NCBI RefSeq assembly: GCF_006345805.1
Contig: NC_043009.1
Span: forward strand, 34,844,001 to 34,908,000
DNA: 64,000 nt
Source of the DNA: Octopus sinensis
Lineage: Eukaryota
Reading direction: 5' to 3'
Below are positions 38,296-50,828 of this stretch, piece after piece. The position numbers were made by a program, and so were the translations under genes. The notes below the pieces were generated by a model. That model had not been told where the DNA came from. It saw only the letters and a list, made by a program, of their open reading frames with translations, and did no database searches. Position 1 is the stretch's first letter. Every line of letters begins with the position of its first letter.

Positions 38296-38984
38296 ACTAC
38301 AACTTCAGAATATTTCGCAAAGCTTCATTAAAATGTTCATATGAAGCGAATAAATTCAAATTCGCAGCCATAATACATAATATAATGCATAATATACACG
38401 CACATATGAACTCAGATACACACATACATGTATGTATACATGTACATATACACATACACGTGTACACGTGGGTGTTTGTGAATATTAAAAATGGTGATAT
38501 TAAATTATTTACTGGGAATTACTGTTTAAATACTTTTGTGTTTTTTTTCTATTCTTTTCGTGTGTTTCCTATATTGAAACCGTTTGTGAATTCGTGTATA
38601 ATTTAATTGGTATGTGCAACATGTATTTTATTATCTGTTTACAGAAACCAATGTTCCGGGAAGAGAGCGAATGGTTAACTAAAAGAAAATATTTTGACAT
38701 AAATTAAATTTAAATTTAAATGTTGAAGTGAATCTAACGGTTTTTGTGTGTTTTTTTTAACGGCTTCTAAACACCTTCCACGCTGCAATTGTTAATTTCT
38801 ATTTAATTAAGTATCTAATGCTCCAGAGTATAATTTAAACATTTTATTTTTAGCGGCATTTCTTCCGGCTCTTTAGGTCCAGGGTTCAAATTCCGCCGAT
38901 TTAGAATTTTCCTTTCATCCTTTCAAGGTCGATGAAATAAGTACCAGTTGTGCACGGGGGATTGATTCAATCTACTAGCCCCTT

Positions 38985-39146
38985 GAGTGTGTTCTCAAGA
39001 AAAATCAGCAAAACGCCAAGATGTAAAAACGAGCAAGACGAATGAAAATATACGTAGATATTAACAAGTGAAACCATGGTACGTAGATAATAGTTTTCTT
39101 TTATTTCGTATGGTGTTTTGCTGAGATTTTTCTTGAGAACACACTC
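38985..39146. mobile_element. MITE-like element with ~35-bp inverted termini
   Basis: gagtgtgttctcaagaaaaatcagcaaaacgcca / tggtgttttgctgagatttttcttgagaacacactc. Confidence 0.7.
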
Positions 39147-39304
39147 TTCGTGGTAATGGCGATTTGACGTCTATGTTTAGCATATTAGGTGTTCACTCTA
39201 GTGGTCATTCCTTTTAATTTTGTATGTAACACAATTTTTAATCTTCGGATCTTCTAAATATGCTAAGCCACTGGTTTTAATTGATTAATATCAATTTATA
39301 CCCT

Positions 39305-39341
<37 letters not shown>

Positions 39342-39425
39342 ATCCAAACATGAAAACACAACAACGCGAGAACGTGGAACAAGTATAGTATTATTGGACG
39401 TTCAGGAAAGAAGGAAAGAAGGGGA

Positions 39426-39460
39426 GTTTAACGTTTCGAGCGGAGCTCTTCGTCAGAAAC
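39426..39460 (-). ncRNA. Minimal type I hammerhead motif (dimer-type helix III) in a PLE pLTR remnant (~39340-39525)
   Basis: gttt CTGACGA a gagc-tcc-gctc GAAAC GTT aaac. Stems I and II are each 4 bp and helix III is the palindrome ACGT. Confidence 0.65.
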
Positions 39461-39577
39461 ATAGGAAAAGGAAAGATCCAAAGAAGGGAAGACGGAGGAA
39501 AATATCGCCAACGGTACACACGTGGAAATGGATGCGTGGCGTTCAATCAAATAATAATAATATAAGTAATATAAGTA

Positions 39578-39806
39578 ATATCACCTTCACCTTGGAGGTG
39601 ATATCACCTTGACCGATCAGTCCGTCAGGCGTCCATTTGACACCGCTGGTCACAGCACGCTGTCTACTCCTCTCTGGATCGCGCCTTTCTCATCCACGTG
39701 ATCCCAATCGTCCTCCTGAAATCGTAACTCCACCGTAGTGGAGGTCTTCCGGGTGGTCTTTTCCGCTCACGCGGGTACCACTCAATAACTGCGTGCGTCC
39801 ACCGAT
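39578..39806 (-). mobile_element. 3' end of an RTE-clade LINE (ORF C-terminus, 3' UTR and atcacctt repeats)
   Basis: RWTHAVIEWYPRERKRPPGRPPLRWSYDFRRTIGITWMRKARSREE*; UTR gtgctgtgaccagcggtgtc...gatcggtcaaggtgat. Confidence 0.88.
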
Positions 39807-39989
39807 TATAATAAGTAATATATATATATATATTTATATATATGCATATATACATATATATATGTAAGATAAAACTTTCTTGGAAATGGATGCGTGGCGT
39901 TCAATCATATAATAACAAAATAATAAATGAAACATAAGTATATATATACATACATATATGTACGTACCTACATCTATATGTATATATAC

Positions 39990-40750
39990 ATGCATATATG
40001 GGTACAGGACACAAAAAAACGTCGAACACAATGAGAAACGAAAACATAAAAACAAAACCATGGAAACGGACATTTTTTTAACAACGAAAAAACAGAGTAC
40101 AAGACATACAACACAAGGAAAATTCCCCTTCTTCAGCCGCCCCTGCTTCGTCTATTCTGTGTTTCGAAGGTAAGGGCGAATGCATATATGGGTACAGGAC
40201 GCCACAAAACGTAAACAACATGAAATACGAAAATAAAGTTGTGTACGCGAACAACGAGAGAAACAAATGGAAAAAACAAGTAACATCAAAAACAACGCTT
40301 CATCAGTTGTCAGCTGTCTTTCTACTCCTTATTTCGAGCATTGATCGACAATATAAGACTTTGAAGACAGTTGCTTCCGCGAACCAAAATAAAATTTGGG
40401 ATTTGCGGGGGATCAACGTTGGTAACAAAACAGGACAGTGGAGACATACAAGGAAGCCGAACGAAAACAAACATGGAGGGTCGGTAGAGCAGACGAGGTA
40501 AAGCAGTGAACGCTTGAGAAATATTGTTTTTGACATGAGAAGAGATAGAAGAGGAGATTGATAGGAATACGTTTAGTCTGTACGACAGCACTGAAGGGAA
40601 AGAAAGATGACCACGTGAAGAAAAGAAGGATGGACGATGGTCACGTTTGAACAACCACAGAGAGTAAAGGAAGAAGAGGGAGAGAGAGCCGTTTTCTATA
40701 TGTCTCCCGCTCCCTCTTCCTCCTTTACTCTCTCTCTCGTTGCTCACACG
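39990..40750. mobile_element. Tandem pLTR-like units (190-bp spacing) and adjoining purine-rich PLE-like remnant
   Basis: atgcatatatgggtacaggac is identical at 39990-40010 and 40180-40200, and the downstream A-rich bodies are related. Confidence 0.45.
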
Positions 40751-40989
40751 TGACTATCGTCCATCTTTATTTTTCTCACGTATGTACATATATATATATA
40801 TATATATATAACGGGAAGCTTTATGAAAATAGACAAAAGACGAAGGCAGGTGGGAAACAAACAAACAATTGTATTAGTATGGCGAACTATACTAATCATA
40901 ACTCGTTCCACAAATCTGGGGAAAGTAGAAAGCATTTGCATTAACTTCCTGATATAGTTCAACAACAACGATGACGACGACGATGAAGA

Positions 40990-41300
40990 CAACAACCACA
41001 CAACTATCAAAGCTTAACCTCAGGTAAAAATAACGAAACTACTGACTTCAAGATAAATTTCATTGATCTTCATCAACATATAGAAATAATGGTATTACCT
41101 CAACAGAAATCCTCCAAATACTCCAATAAGGTATAACAGGATTATCTCCGCCAACGCTTCATAGCATGCATAAAAATTATGCAACCAATAAGAAGACAGC
41201 CGAGATAAGCCTCAAAAGGGCATAGTAACACATAAGAAATAGAAGATATTTCAAATAACTACAACCCACATAAAACATAGGCAAAATATCGACGTTATCA
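40990..41300 (+). mobile_element. Degenerate PLE reverse-transcriptase C-terminal remnant
   Basis: INFIDL (INFLDL-like), IRYNRIIS and KGHSN (RGY-like) motifs in shifting frames. Confidence 0.5.
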
Positions 41301-41997
41301 ACCAAAGCACGAGTTTACGAGACGGTTTCCTATGCACTTGCTGGAAAATGTGACAAAGGAACCACATTACATCTTACTATCTTTCAAAAAAAGACGCACT
41401 TATCACGACTAGGATACATTTGATCATACTCTTGTTCAGTCAGGGTTGATCTGGGTCTGTAACACAATCTGATAGTCCTACTCGTCTACACACCTAAAGT
41501 GGGATTACGTCCAAAAATCTGAAACGTCATCAGTGGGAAATACATTATCAGAGACTACATACCCTACTATCAAGATAATACAGTTAACATAAGAGGTAAT
41601 ATAACATTAGCGTGCCAGCAAGGAAGCTTCTACGCAGTTGCTATTTGAATGAATCTCTTGCTTATCGTCTTAAAAATAGTTCCTTTAATACAATGCCAAA
41701 TCTTCCTAAATAGCGTTTCATTGTCTTAAAAACAGTTACATATACATGATAATCTAGCACTGAATATAATATGCTAGAAAAAGACTAAGTAGTCATGCAT
41801 AGAATGTTGTCTGAACGACAATTTATCGACGCATAGATCTATCTCTTTATATTGAAAACCATAGGGGAATAAGCAGAAGCTGTATAGCTGCCTGAAAGAA
41901 ATCCCTACACAACGCTAATAAAGTTCTTGAAAAGTACTCAAAATAGTAACAAATGTCCACCATTTACAAAACATAAAAATATGCATTACTTGAATAA

Positions 41998-42211
41998 TAC
42001 CACCACCACCACCACCACCACCACCACCATCACCACCACCACCACTACCACCGCCACCAAACCACCACCATCACCACCACCGCCACCACCACCACCACCA
42101 CCACCACCACCACCACCACCATCACCACCACCACCACCACCACCGCCACCAAACCATCACCATCACCATCACCGCCACCACCACCACCAAACCACCGCCA
42201 TCACCACCACC

Positions 42212-42243
<32 letters not shown>

Positions 42244-42310
42244 CAACAACAATAACAACAACAACAACAACAACAATAACAACAACAACAACAACAACAA
42301 CAGTGACAAC
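41998..42310. repeat. (ACC)n grading into (AAC)n microsatellite
   Basis: Direct reading; explains the poly-T/P/H/N ORF. Confidence 0.95.
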
Positions 42311-42786
42311 GAGCATAGCTTTTAAAACCTGGACGTACCATCTTCCGTCAAAATAACATAGGTCCTCACAGAATGCATTTAAAAATAAACGTTTCATTCA
42401 CTAAAGCTTTGTGAACATGACACAAATAATCTAAAAATTCTGCAATACAACGCTAGCAGCATTATAATATTTTTATGGAACTAAATGCTTTTACCATCAT
42501 TCACGACATATGATATAGCAATAATTCGGGAATCATTCTTACTACCAGAACACCACCGTTCCAGATTATGCACAAATGAGACTGGACAGTCCCCTGCAAC
42601 AATGTAGGTGGTCTTGTACACGAAAAAGCTTTCATTCAGTAATGTAAACATCGGAAATGACTTTCATAAACTAATAGGGAGCAATATTATTATAGCGATA
42701 AGGCTTTCATCAAGCGCACTCATGAACACAATCACATACATATATGTGTATATATGTGTGTGTGTGTATATATATATATATGTGTA

Positions 42787-43170
42787 GTGGAGGCGCAATG
42801 GCCCAGTGGTTAGGGCAGCGGACTCCCGGTCATAGGATCGCGGTTTCGATTCCCAGACCGGGCGTTGTGAGTGTTTATTGAGCGAAAACGCCTAAAGCAC
42901 ACGAGGCTCTGGCAGGGGATGGTGGTGATCCCTGCTGTACTCTTTCACCACAACTTTCTCTCACTCTTACTTCCTGTTTCTGTTGTACCTGTATTTCAAA
43001 GGGCCGGTCTAGTCACTCTCTGTGTCACGCTGAATATCCCCGAGAACTACGTTAAGGGTACACGTGTCTGTGGAGTGCTCAGCCACTAACACGTTAATTT
43101 CACGAGCAGGCTGTTCCGTTGATTCGGATCAACCGGAACCCTCATCGTCGTAACCGACGGAGTGCTTCCA
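42787..43170 (+). mobile_element. tRNA-derived SINE, head A' plus tail X
   Basis: Near-identical to 29032-29416; flanked by atatatgtgt on both sides. Confidence 0.92.
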
Positions 43171-43224
43171 CATATATGTGTGAGTTTGTGTATGTATATG
43201 GTTAAACGTGGTTACGTGACAGCA

Positions 43225-43410
43225 ATAATAGCCATCTTTTATATGTTTCAGCCAGTCATTAGATAGCGGCCATGTTGGGGCATTCTCTTGTGCAATTTGT
43301 TCAGCTTAGTACTTATTCTAGCGGCTTCTAAGCCGAACTGCTAAATTACGGGAACGTAAACACAACACGGTTTTCACGCGGTAGTGGGGACAAACACAGA
43401 CGCACCCACC
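43225..43410 (-). mobile_element. SINE family C 3' fragment
   Basis: tttcagccagtcattagatagcggccatg tail. Confidence 0.65.
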
Positions 43411-43465
43411 ATGTATGTGTATATATATATATATTATATATATATATATATGCGTGTGTATGTAT

Positions 43466-43509
<44 letters not shown>

Positions 43510-43575
43510 TTATTGATATTTAGCAGAAGCAATAGAGTGCCTCAAGGTCGAAGAGTTTCGTGTGTTGGCACTTAC

Positions 43576-44045
43576 CAAACTAGTTCCTGGACTAGTTATT
43601 TCCTGGATTAGCTATGTTTAATAAGGAAATAACTCATTTAGCTAAGTTTTTAACATCATCTTTGAAGTAGTCTCCTTGTGCAGCAACACACCTGTTCAAG
43701 CTTTCTTGCCAGTTTTGGAATCCAGTCTGAAAGTCGTTTTCCGTAATACAAGTCAAGGACCTTCTGCATTTCGCTTTGGATCTCGATAACGCTGTTAAAA
43801 CGGCGACCTATGAGATGCCTTTCCATCTTGGGGAAGGGATGGAAGTCTGCAGGTGTTAAATCTGGCGAATAAGGTGGGTGCAGAAGCGATACCATGTTGT
43901 TTTTGGCGAGAAGCTCGCGGCTGAAGAGAGCTCGGTGAATAATCCAATTCTTTGCGCTCCACAGATCCGGTCGCTTTCGCCGAATACATTCCCTCAAAGG
44001 CTTCAAACACATCAAAACTCTCGATTGATGGTGTGGCTCTAGGGG
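43576..44045 (-). mobile_element. Mariner transposase C-terminal remnant
   Basis: LRECIRRKRPDLW..LLHPPYSPDLTPADFHPFPKM. Confidence 0.88.
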
Positions 44046-44066
44046 ACGAATATATACATATATATA

Positions 44067-44126
<60 letters not shown>

Positions 44127-44192
44127 TTATTTGTATATATATATACGTGTATGTGTATATATATATATGTATATCTGTATATATATATATAT

Positions 44193-45357
44193 AAGGAAAA
44201 TGGAAGTTTATAATACACTGAGAATAGTTTATATATTTTTTATTATCATATTTAAAGATTTAACCGGTTTCGCAGTTTAGGAAGCAACTTTTGTCCCCAT
44301 CGAAGTCCCAGATATTTGTTAGTAAATATTTGTTTGTAAATATTTGAAGCTTGTTCTTTACATACATTCTTAATAGTTTGATTCGTATGGATACTTACTG
44401 TTCTCCTCATGCCACCTCAAACATACGAGGTTTTGTTTCACCTATGTAATGAATATTACATGGGTCAAACAAAACTTAGTCTAAGAAATAGACTGACCAT
44501 TCACCGTCAACAAATACCAAACCTCATACTAGACAGATTCCACTGAGTGGAAACAATATGTGCAAACAATATGTCCCCCATATTCCAGGTCTTCCCACTC
44601 TATCTATGTTCAGTGAATACCACAGATGAAGCAAGGATAAACAAAGTAAATACTTTCAAACAAAAGTACACACCCAGACTTAATAAACTTTAATAAAGTA
44701 CCTACACAAATAACTATTCACACACAAAACTCATTCTGCCACTTGACATAAAGAACCTACACAGCTAACAACTTAAATTTTAGTCAGTGGACTACATACA
44801 AACAATCCCTGTTTACTCTCCCACCAGGCAGATTAAATTTGTTGTGGCTTGATTGTAAGTAAACATGTTCACTCAACCGTGTCGGCCTTAATTTTAGGCG
44901 CTAAATATACTGCCACTTGACACTAACGCATGGACGTAGGAGGATACATACAGAAAGTTCTAAACTTAATCATGGGTCCACTCTTTACAAACACTTGGCA
45001 GAAAACATTCAGAGCAATGATTGTTTCGACATGTTCAGTCAACTGTGTCAGCCTTAACCTACGACGCTAAAAATTGTCATTTGATGCTAACACACGAACG
45101 TAGCGGGGAACCTACAAGCATTTCTAAGACCATACCCTATTCAAAAACATATACTAATTTGAACCATGAACTCCCTATGAAAATATGGCAAGCTTCAAAC
45201 ACTAGTTTGAAGCAAAACAGCTGCGATATAAGCCACATCTTTGTATAACAATTTTTTTGAAAATCAGCGTAAACTGCGAAACCGGTTAAATCTTTAAATC
45301 TAATAATAAAAATTATATTAAGTATTCTCAGTGCATTTCCAACTTCTATGTTTCCTT
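44193..45357 (+). mobile_element. 5'-truncated Penelope-like element: inverted pLTR piece, GIY-YIG end and 3' pLTR with decayed hammerhead
   Basis: EYYMGQTKLSLRNRLTIHRQQI..RQIPLS..FQVFPLY..KYTPRLN (44450-44695); inverted arms 44193-44279 and 45270-45357; ttgaaaatcagcgtaaactgcGAAACcgGTT at 45255-45290. Confidence 0.85.
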
Positions 45358-45377
45358 TATTTGTACCCGTATAAGAC

Positions 45378-45560
45378 ACCGAGCTGGCAGAAACGTTAGC
45401 ACGCAGGGCGAAATGCTTAGCAGTATTTCGTCTGTCTACATTCTGAATTCGACTTTACCTTTCATCCTTTCGGGGTTGACAAATTAAGTATTAGTTGCGT
45501 ACTGGGGAGATCTAATCGACTGGCCCCTCTCCCCAAATTTTGGGCCTTGTGCCTAGAATG
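45378..45560 (+). mobile_element. SINE family A
   Basis: Head plus core. Confidence 0.8.
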
Positions 45561-45811
45561 AGTGAATGAAATAACTTTGTTTTCTCTCTCTCTCTCTCTC
45601 TCTCTCTCTTATCTCTCTCTGTATATTTACATACATACACACACACACACGTATATATATAATGTGTGTGTATATATTTATATATGTATATATAAATATA
45701 TATATAAATATATATATATTCATATATGTATATATATTCTTATATATGTACATATACGTATTTATATATATATATCATATATGTATGTATATATATATAT
45801 ATATATGTATA

Positions 45812-45885
<74 letters not shown>

Positions 45886-45899
45886 CATACATACACACA

Positions 45900-46082
45900 C
45901 AGTAGACTTTCGTTTTCGGTCAACTAAATTCACTTACAAGGTTGTGTCGGTTCAGGGCTTTAGTATAATATGTATCTCTAGGCTACTATAGCCTCGTGGC
46001 GACATTTGACCAAGGTGCCACATAGTTGGACTGAACCCGAAATCGTGTAGTTGGAAAGCAAACTTCTTACCATACAGCCAAT
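45900..46082 (-). mobile_element. SINE family C, 5' half
   Basis: Reverse-complement head and core. Confidence 0.7.
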
Positions 46083-47296
46083 CCCCTGCCTAGCTATACT
46101 TTTGACAGAAAATATTTGCTAGTTTCAATAAAACATGAAAAATATACTTCATGAACAACTCTTGCTACCAGCGCCATTAACAAAGCTTTCGATGTCAGTT
46201 TTCCGCTAACTGCTTCTATAAAATATACTTGAAGCTTGCTAGCAATACAAAGCTAATTGACGAGATCCATTAAATAAAGTACCACCTATGTGAGCATGTT
46301 TTGTTGTCCGACTGACTTCCAATGTGTTATAAAACCTTAGAGATCGAGGTCAAGTGAGGTTACACTGCAATAGCGATAGCAATATCGTTAATACCGACAG
46401 CGAAATATGTCGAATGGTAAAAAAAAGGGAGAAAGAAAGAATGTTTGGTAATGTACAAAATTCTACACTTCATAAGGTTTTCTAATTTTATAAGCGTCGT
46501 TTCCGTATAGGTGAAAAATCTGTTATTTTAGACTAAAATAATTTTTAAAGAAATTTGTTATCATGCGACGCAGCAGGCTTGAGCTCGGAATAATGTAGTT
46601 GACTATATGAAGTTTCTTTGTAAAACAAATATTACAATTATTTCAATTTTTCGTACCGCTCATAAGATAATATGCGAAATGTAAACAGGATAATACATTA
46701 TATACTTAACTGCTTTTCGATAATATAATGCTTTGTTCCATGGAGGCTGTCAGGGATTTACTATCGAATTTGTAGAATTTTGCAGTGAGTGTGCGTGTAT
46801 ATGTGTGTTTAACTGTGAGTTAACGAATAAACAGCCTTCCACATTTTGTAGTACCTCATCATATTGTAATATTTTTACTTATATTCCTTTTGGAGACCAA
46901 CCTGGCTATACCTACAGAGTTTCTATGTATATACATGTTTACTTGTATAGATACAGATGGAGCATACTCTGTTGCAAGGATTCGAACTACATATCCAGTG
47001 GTTAAACCTTCAGCCGCAATCCTTTTGTCTTTCGCGCTTCCTTCTGTTTTCCTCATCAGATCTTATTACTAAACTCTGAAGAAGGAATAACTGAAACAAT
47101 TTTTTAGAGAGCCTGAGAGAGACACAGAGAAAAGAGAGAGATGAGAAGTAAGGGAGAAAGAGGGAGAAGCATCCATTAGAAATGCTTCAAAGTTTCATGT
47201 ATGAGGAAGGTAGAACATAATACACAAAAGATATCGTAAATGATGAAGAATTATACTCAAGACAAAACCAAGTTGACTTAATATAAGTACACTATC

Positions 47297-47500
47297 AAAG
47301 GCGGCAAACTGGCAGAAACGTTAGCACGCCGGGCGAAATGCTTAGCAATATTTCATCTGAGTTCAAATTCCGCCGAGGCTGGCTTTGTCTTTCATCCTTT
47401 CGGGGTTGATAAATCAATTACCAGTTACGTACTTGGGTAGATGTAATCGACTGGTCACCTCACACAAAATTTTGGGCCTCGTGCTTAGAGTAGACAAGAA
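47297..47500 (+). mobile_element. SINE family A
   Basis: Head plus core. Confidence 0.82.
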
Positions 47501-47696
47501 TATAAAGTATACTATCCAAACAATAAAAACAAATTTCATATTATTTTGTAACCTAGTGTGGATAATTAAGTACATCGTCTAGAAATGTACTTTCTTGGGT
47601 ACAGTATGCATGTATGTCAGTCATCGCCGGTACTGAGTTAGGTGCTGGTGAGGATGATAATTACTATGATGATGGTAGTGATGGTGGTAGTGATGT

Positions 47697-47935
47697 TAAG
47701 GCGGTGAGCTGGCAGGGTCGTTAGCACGCCGGGCGAAATGCTTAGTAGTATTTCTCCTGCCGCTACGTTCTGAGTTCAAATTCCGCCGAAGTCGACTTTG
47801 CCTTTCATCCTTTCGGGGTCGATTAAATAAGTACCAGTTACGCACTGGGGTCGATGTAATCGACTTAATACCTATGTCTGTCCTTGTTTGTTCCCTCTGT
47901 GTTTAGCCCCTTGTGGGTAATAAAGAAATAGGTAG
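47697..47935 (+). mobile_element. SINE family A, well-preserved copy with tail ctatgtctgtccttgtttgttccctctgtgtttagccccttgtgggtaataaagaaatagg
   Basis: Close to the copies at 27525 and 49220. Confidence 0.9.
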
Positions 47936-48613
47936 TGATGTTTGATCGTGCAGATCATGTATGATGATGTTGATTATGGCGACGACGATGACGACAATGG
48001 TGATGATGATGAGGAGGACATCAATAATGGTAGTTGTTGACAATCCATATATTTTTGTCTTTGTTTCCCCGTCACGAACACAATGGCAACTAAGTATGCT
48101 ACACACTCCAAAGGAGTTGATGATATAAGATATATATAAAACGTATTATAAACACCTTCAGATATAAATGTAACATGCGCGTGTTAGTCACGATATGAAA
48201 CGTCCTCTAAAAAAATTACACGAATATATTGACACAAGTGCGTATACTTATATATAAATATGCATTTATAAATGTGTGTGTGGGTGTCCTTGTGTGTATA
48301 TGCATTATGTACCTATTTATAAACACACATCCACACAAACCTTCACAGCCCTGAAGAAAACCCAGAATGTTATCATTTTAAGAATAATAAACGATGATTT
48401 ATGATTATATTTCGAAGAAATCACTTTATACATATATACATATAGCTATTTGTGTGTGTATATATATATACACACACACGCAAATAGCTATTTGTGTGTG
48501 AGTGTATATATACACGTGTATATATATATGTATATTATGTACATGTGTATATATGAATATGTATGTACATGTGTATATATGTATATGTATGCCCGCGTAT
48601 ATATATATGTATG

Positions 48614-48651
<38 letters not shown>

Positions 48652-48743
48652 TATAATATGCATACACATACACAAACACACCTAAATGTGTATATATGTA
48701 TATATATATATATAATATATATATATATATATAATATATATAT

Positions 48744-48794
<51 letters not shown>

Positions 48795-48985
48795 TACATA
48801 TACACATGTGTACATATATATATATACTTAATATAAAATAATGTACATTTAAACACAAGAGAAAAATACCCTTTAACAGGTAATTTTTACACGCTAGAAG
48901 AAGCAGCCAAAATGACCAAAACCACATTTTATAGCAACTTTCGAAGGAAATGAAAAATAAAAACTTTTACCTTGTTATTCTTTTG

Positions 48986-49056
48986 CGGTTATACCTAGAT
49001 TTCAAATTTCTTTAGCAAAAAAGATAATCTGCTAGGCGAATTCTCATCAGTAACCG
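48986..49056 (-). ncRNA. Near-intact type I hammerhead motif
   Basis: cggtta CTGATGA gaatt-cgcc-tagca..tgcta-aaga-aattt GAAA T CTAG G TA taaccg. Stem I is 6 bp, stem II is 5+5 bp, the core is canonical and the site is GUA. Confidence 0.75.
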
Positions 49057-49219
49057 GCCTTAACAACTAACTTATAATTCAAATACAAGCTAGAAAGATG
49101 AGGCCTATATCAAAGAACAAGAAAGCTACATTCATGTATTATAGTGGGAACCAAATCACAGGGGGCGCAGTAGAGGAAGACCTATTTAGACATTCATTGA
49201 TCAACTCTCAGACGATGCA

Positions 49220-49412
49220 TACCTATTTCTTTATTACCCACAAGGGGCTAAACACAGAGGGGACAAACAAGGACAGACATAGGTATTAAGTCGATTACAT
49301 CGGCCCCAGTGCGTAACTGGTACTTAATTTATCGATCCCGAAAGGATGAAAGGCAAAGTCGACCTCGGCGGAATTTGAACTCACAACGTAACGACAGACG
49401 AAATACGGCTAC
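49220..49412 (-). mobile_element. SINE family A
   Basis: Reverse complement of tail and core. Confidence 0.85.
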
Positions 49413-50350
49413 GCAGTTGCCATGAGTAACGGAAAATCGTGAACTGTGGAGATACTTTGTTAGGAATGTTCGACCGTGGTCACAATTTTGAAAGAATAAA
49501 ATTTATAACGGAGTAGCTATAATTGTCTTTGTTCTAAAACTGTGCTAAAAGTATGGGTCAAAGTCGAATGAATAATAGCAAAAGAATGCAAGACTAGGGT
49601 GTTAGACTTTTTTTATCTAGATTGCCCTTCCTCTCAATCTCCCATTTCGTTCATCATTGAGACGTGCGTACAGGCCTGCATGGTCATTTGGCTTGCTAGA
49701 AATTGATATCTGTATCAGTATCCTACATAGATAATGGTAACTGTTGTTATAATTATCTATATAGGACACTAAATTAGAACATTGCCATGTTCTCTTAACT
49801 ATTGGAAATATAAATTAGAAGAATAATAACAGATGAAGGTCTGAGGTTAATTAATGAGATGTCAACTATATGAAAATTAACTGTTAATTAGAGGTCGAAC
49901 ATAGCTAATGCAGCGGAGAAAAGCATATTACGAGATACTAAATAAAGATTTTAACTCAATGACTGACTTCGGTAGAATACGTAGAGGTGGCTCTAGCTTC
50001 TTTGCTTTGTTGAACTACAGAATATATCTATAGAGAGATGTTGGCAGCAGTGATCTAGTCAATCTGGAAATGCGTCCAAGATGGGTTAACATAATGTACC
50101 AACAGAGGTCAGTGAAACTGATCTAACTCCGTTGTTACTTCAGTTGTCCAGCAACCTAATTTTAGTAACACTGATTAGTTGGTAATGAGACAGAAACTTC
50201 GTTAGGCCAAAATGTCATAATTTAGTATTCTTTTACTTTCCTTTTACTTGGTTTCAATTCTTGGATGGCGGCCATACATCTTCAAAATTATTGTTTCTCG
50301 TTTAGACACTGTTGCTAATATGTATATGTGTGTGCGTATGTGTGTATGTA

Positions 50351-50413
<63 letters not shown>

Positions 50414-50828
50414 TAAATATATATATACACATATATATACATATGTGTGTGTGCATATGTATACACACATACATACCCACACACACATTGCTGACTTTTG
50501 CATAGTTTCCGTTAACTAAGTTCCACCCCAAAATATTGGTCATCCCGAGTTCCACTAAGAATACACATGCCGAAGGTGGTGTCGCGTAGTAGAAACTAAA
50601 GCAATGTCTTATGATTTCGAAGCATCCTACTGCCTTCACCTACTTAACTAAAGTTTTTGCAGTTAAAACTGAACATTTACCGCATTATTCTCACATTATC
50701 CCAGTTATAACTCACCTTCCAATTGAGTACTGACAAGGTTTGTGGGGTTTGATTATGACAAAGGTCATAATTTGATAGTATACAAGACGTCATGTAAGTA
50801 TACAACACATCACAACTATAGTACTCAG

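Noticed and set aside
47030-47100. CTGATGA..GAAA and CTGAAGA..GAAAC cores near 47060 and 47080
   Set aside because: No credible stems I, II or III.
50165-50210. ctgattag..gaaacttcgtt motif, and similar motifs at ~52230 and ~58015
   Set aside because: Core positions are mutated and stems are weak; at best dead remnants, so not listed as features.
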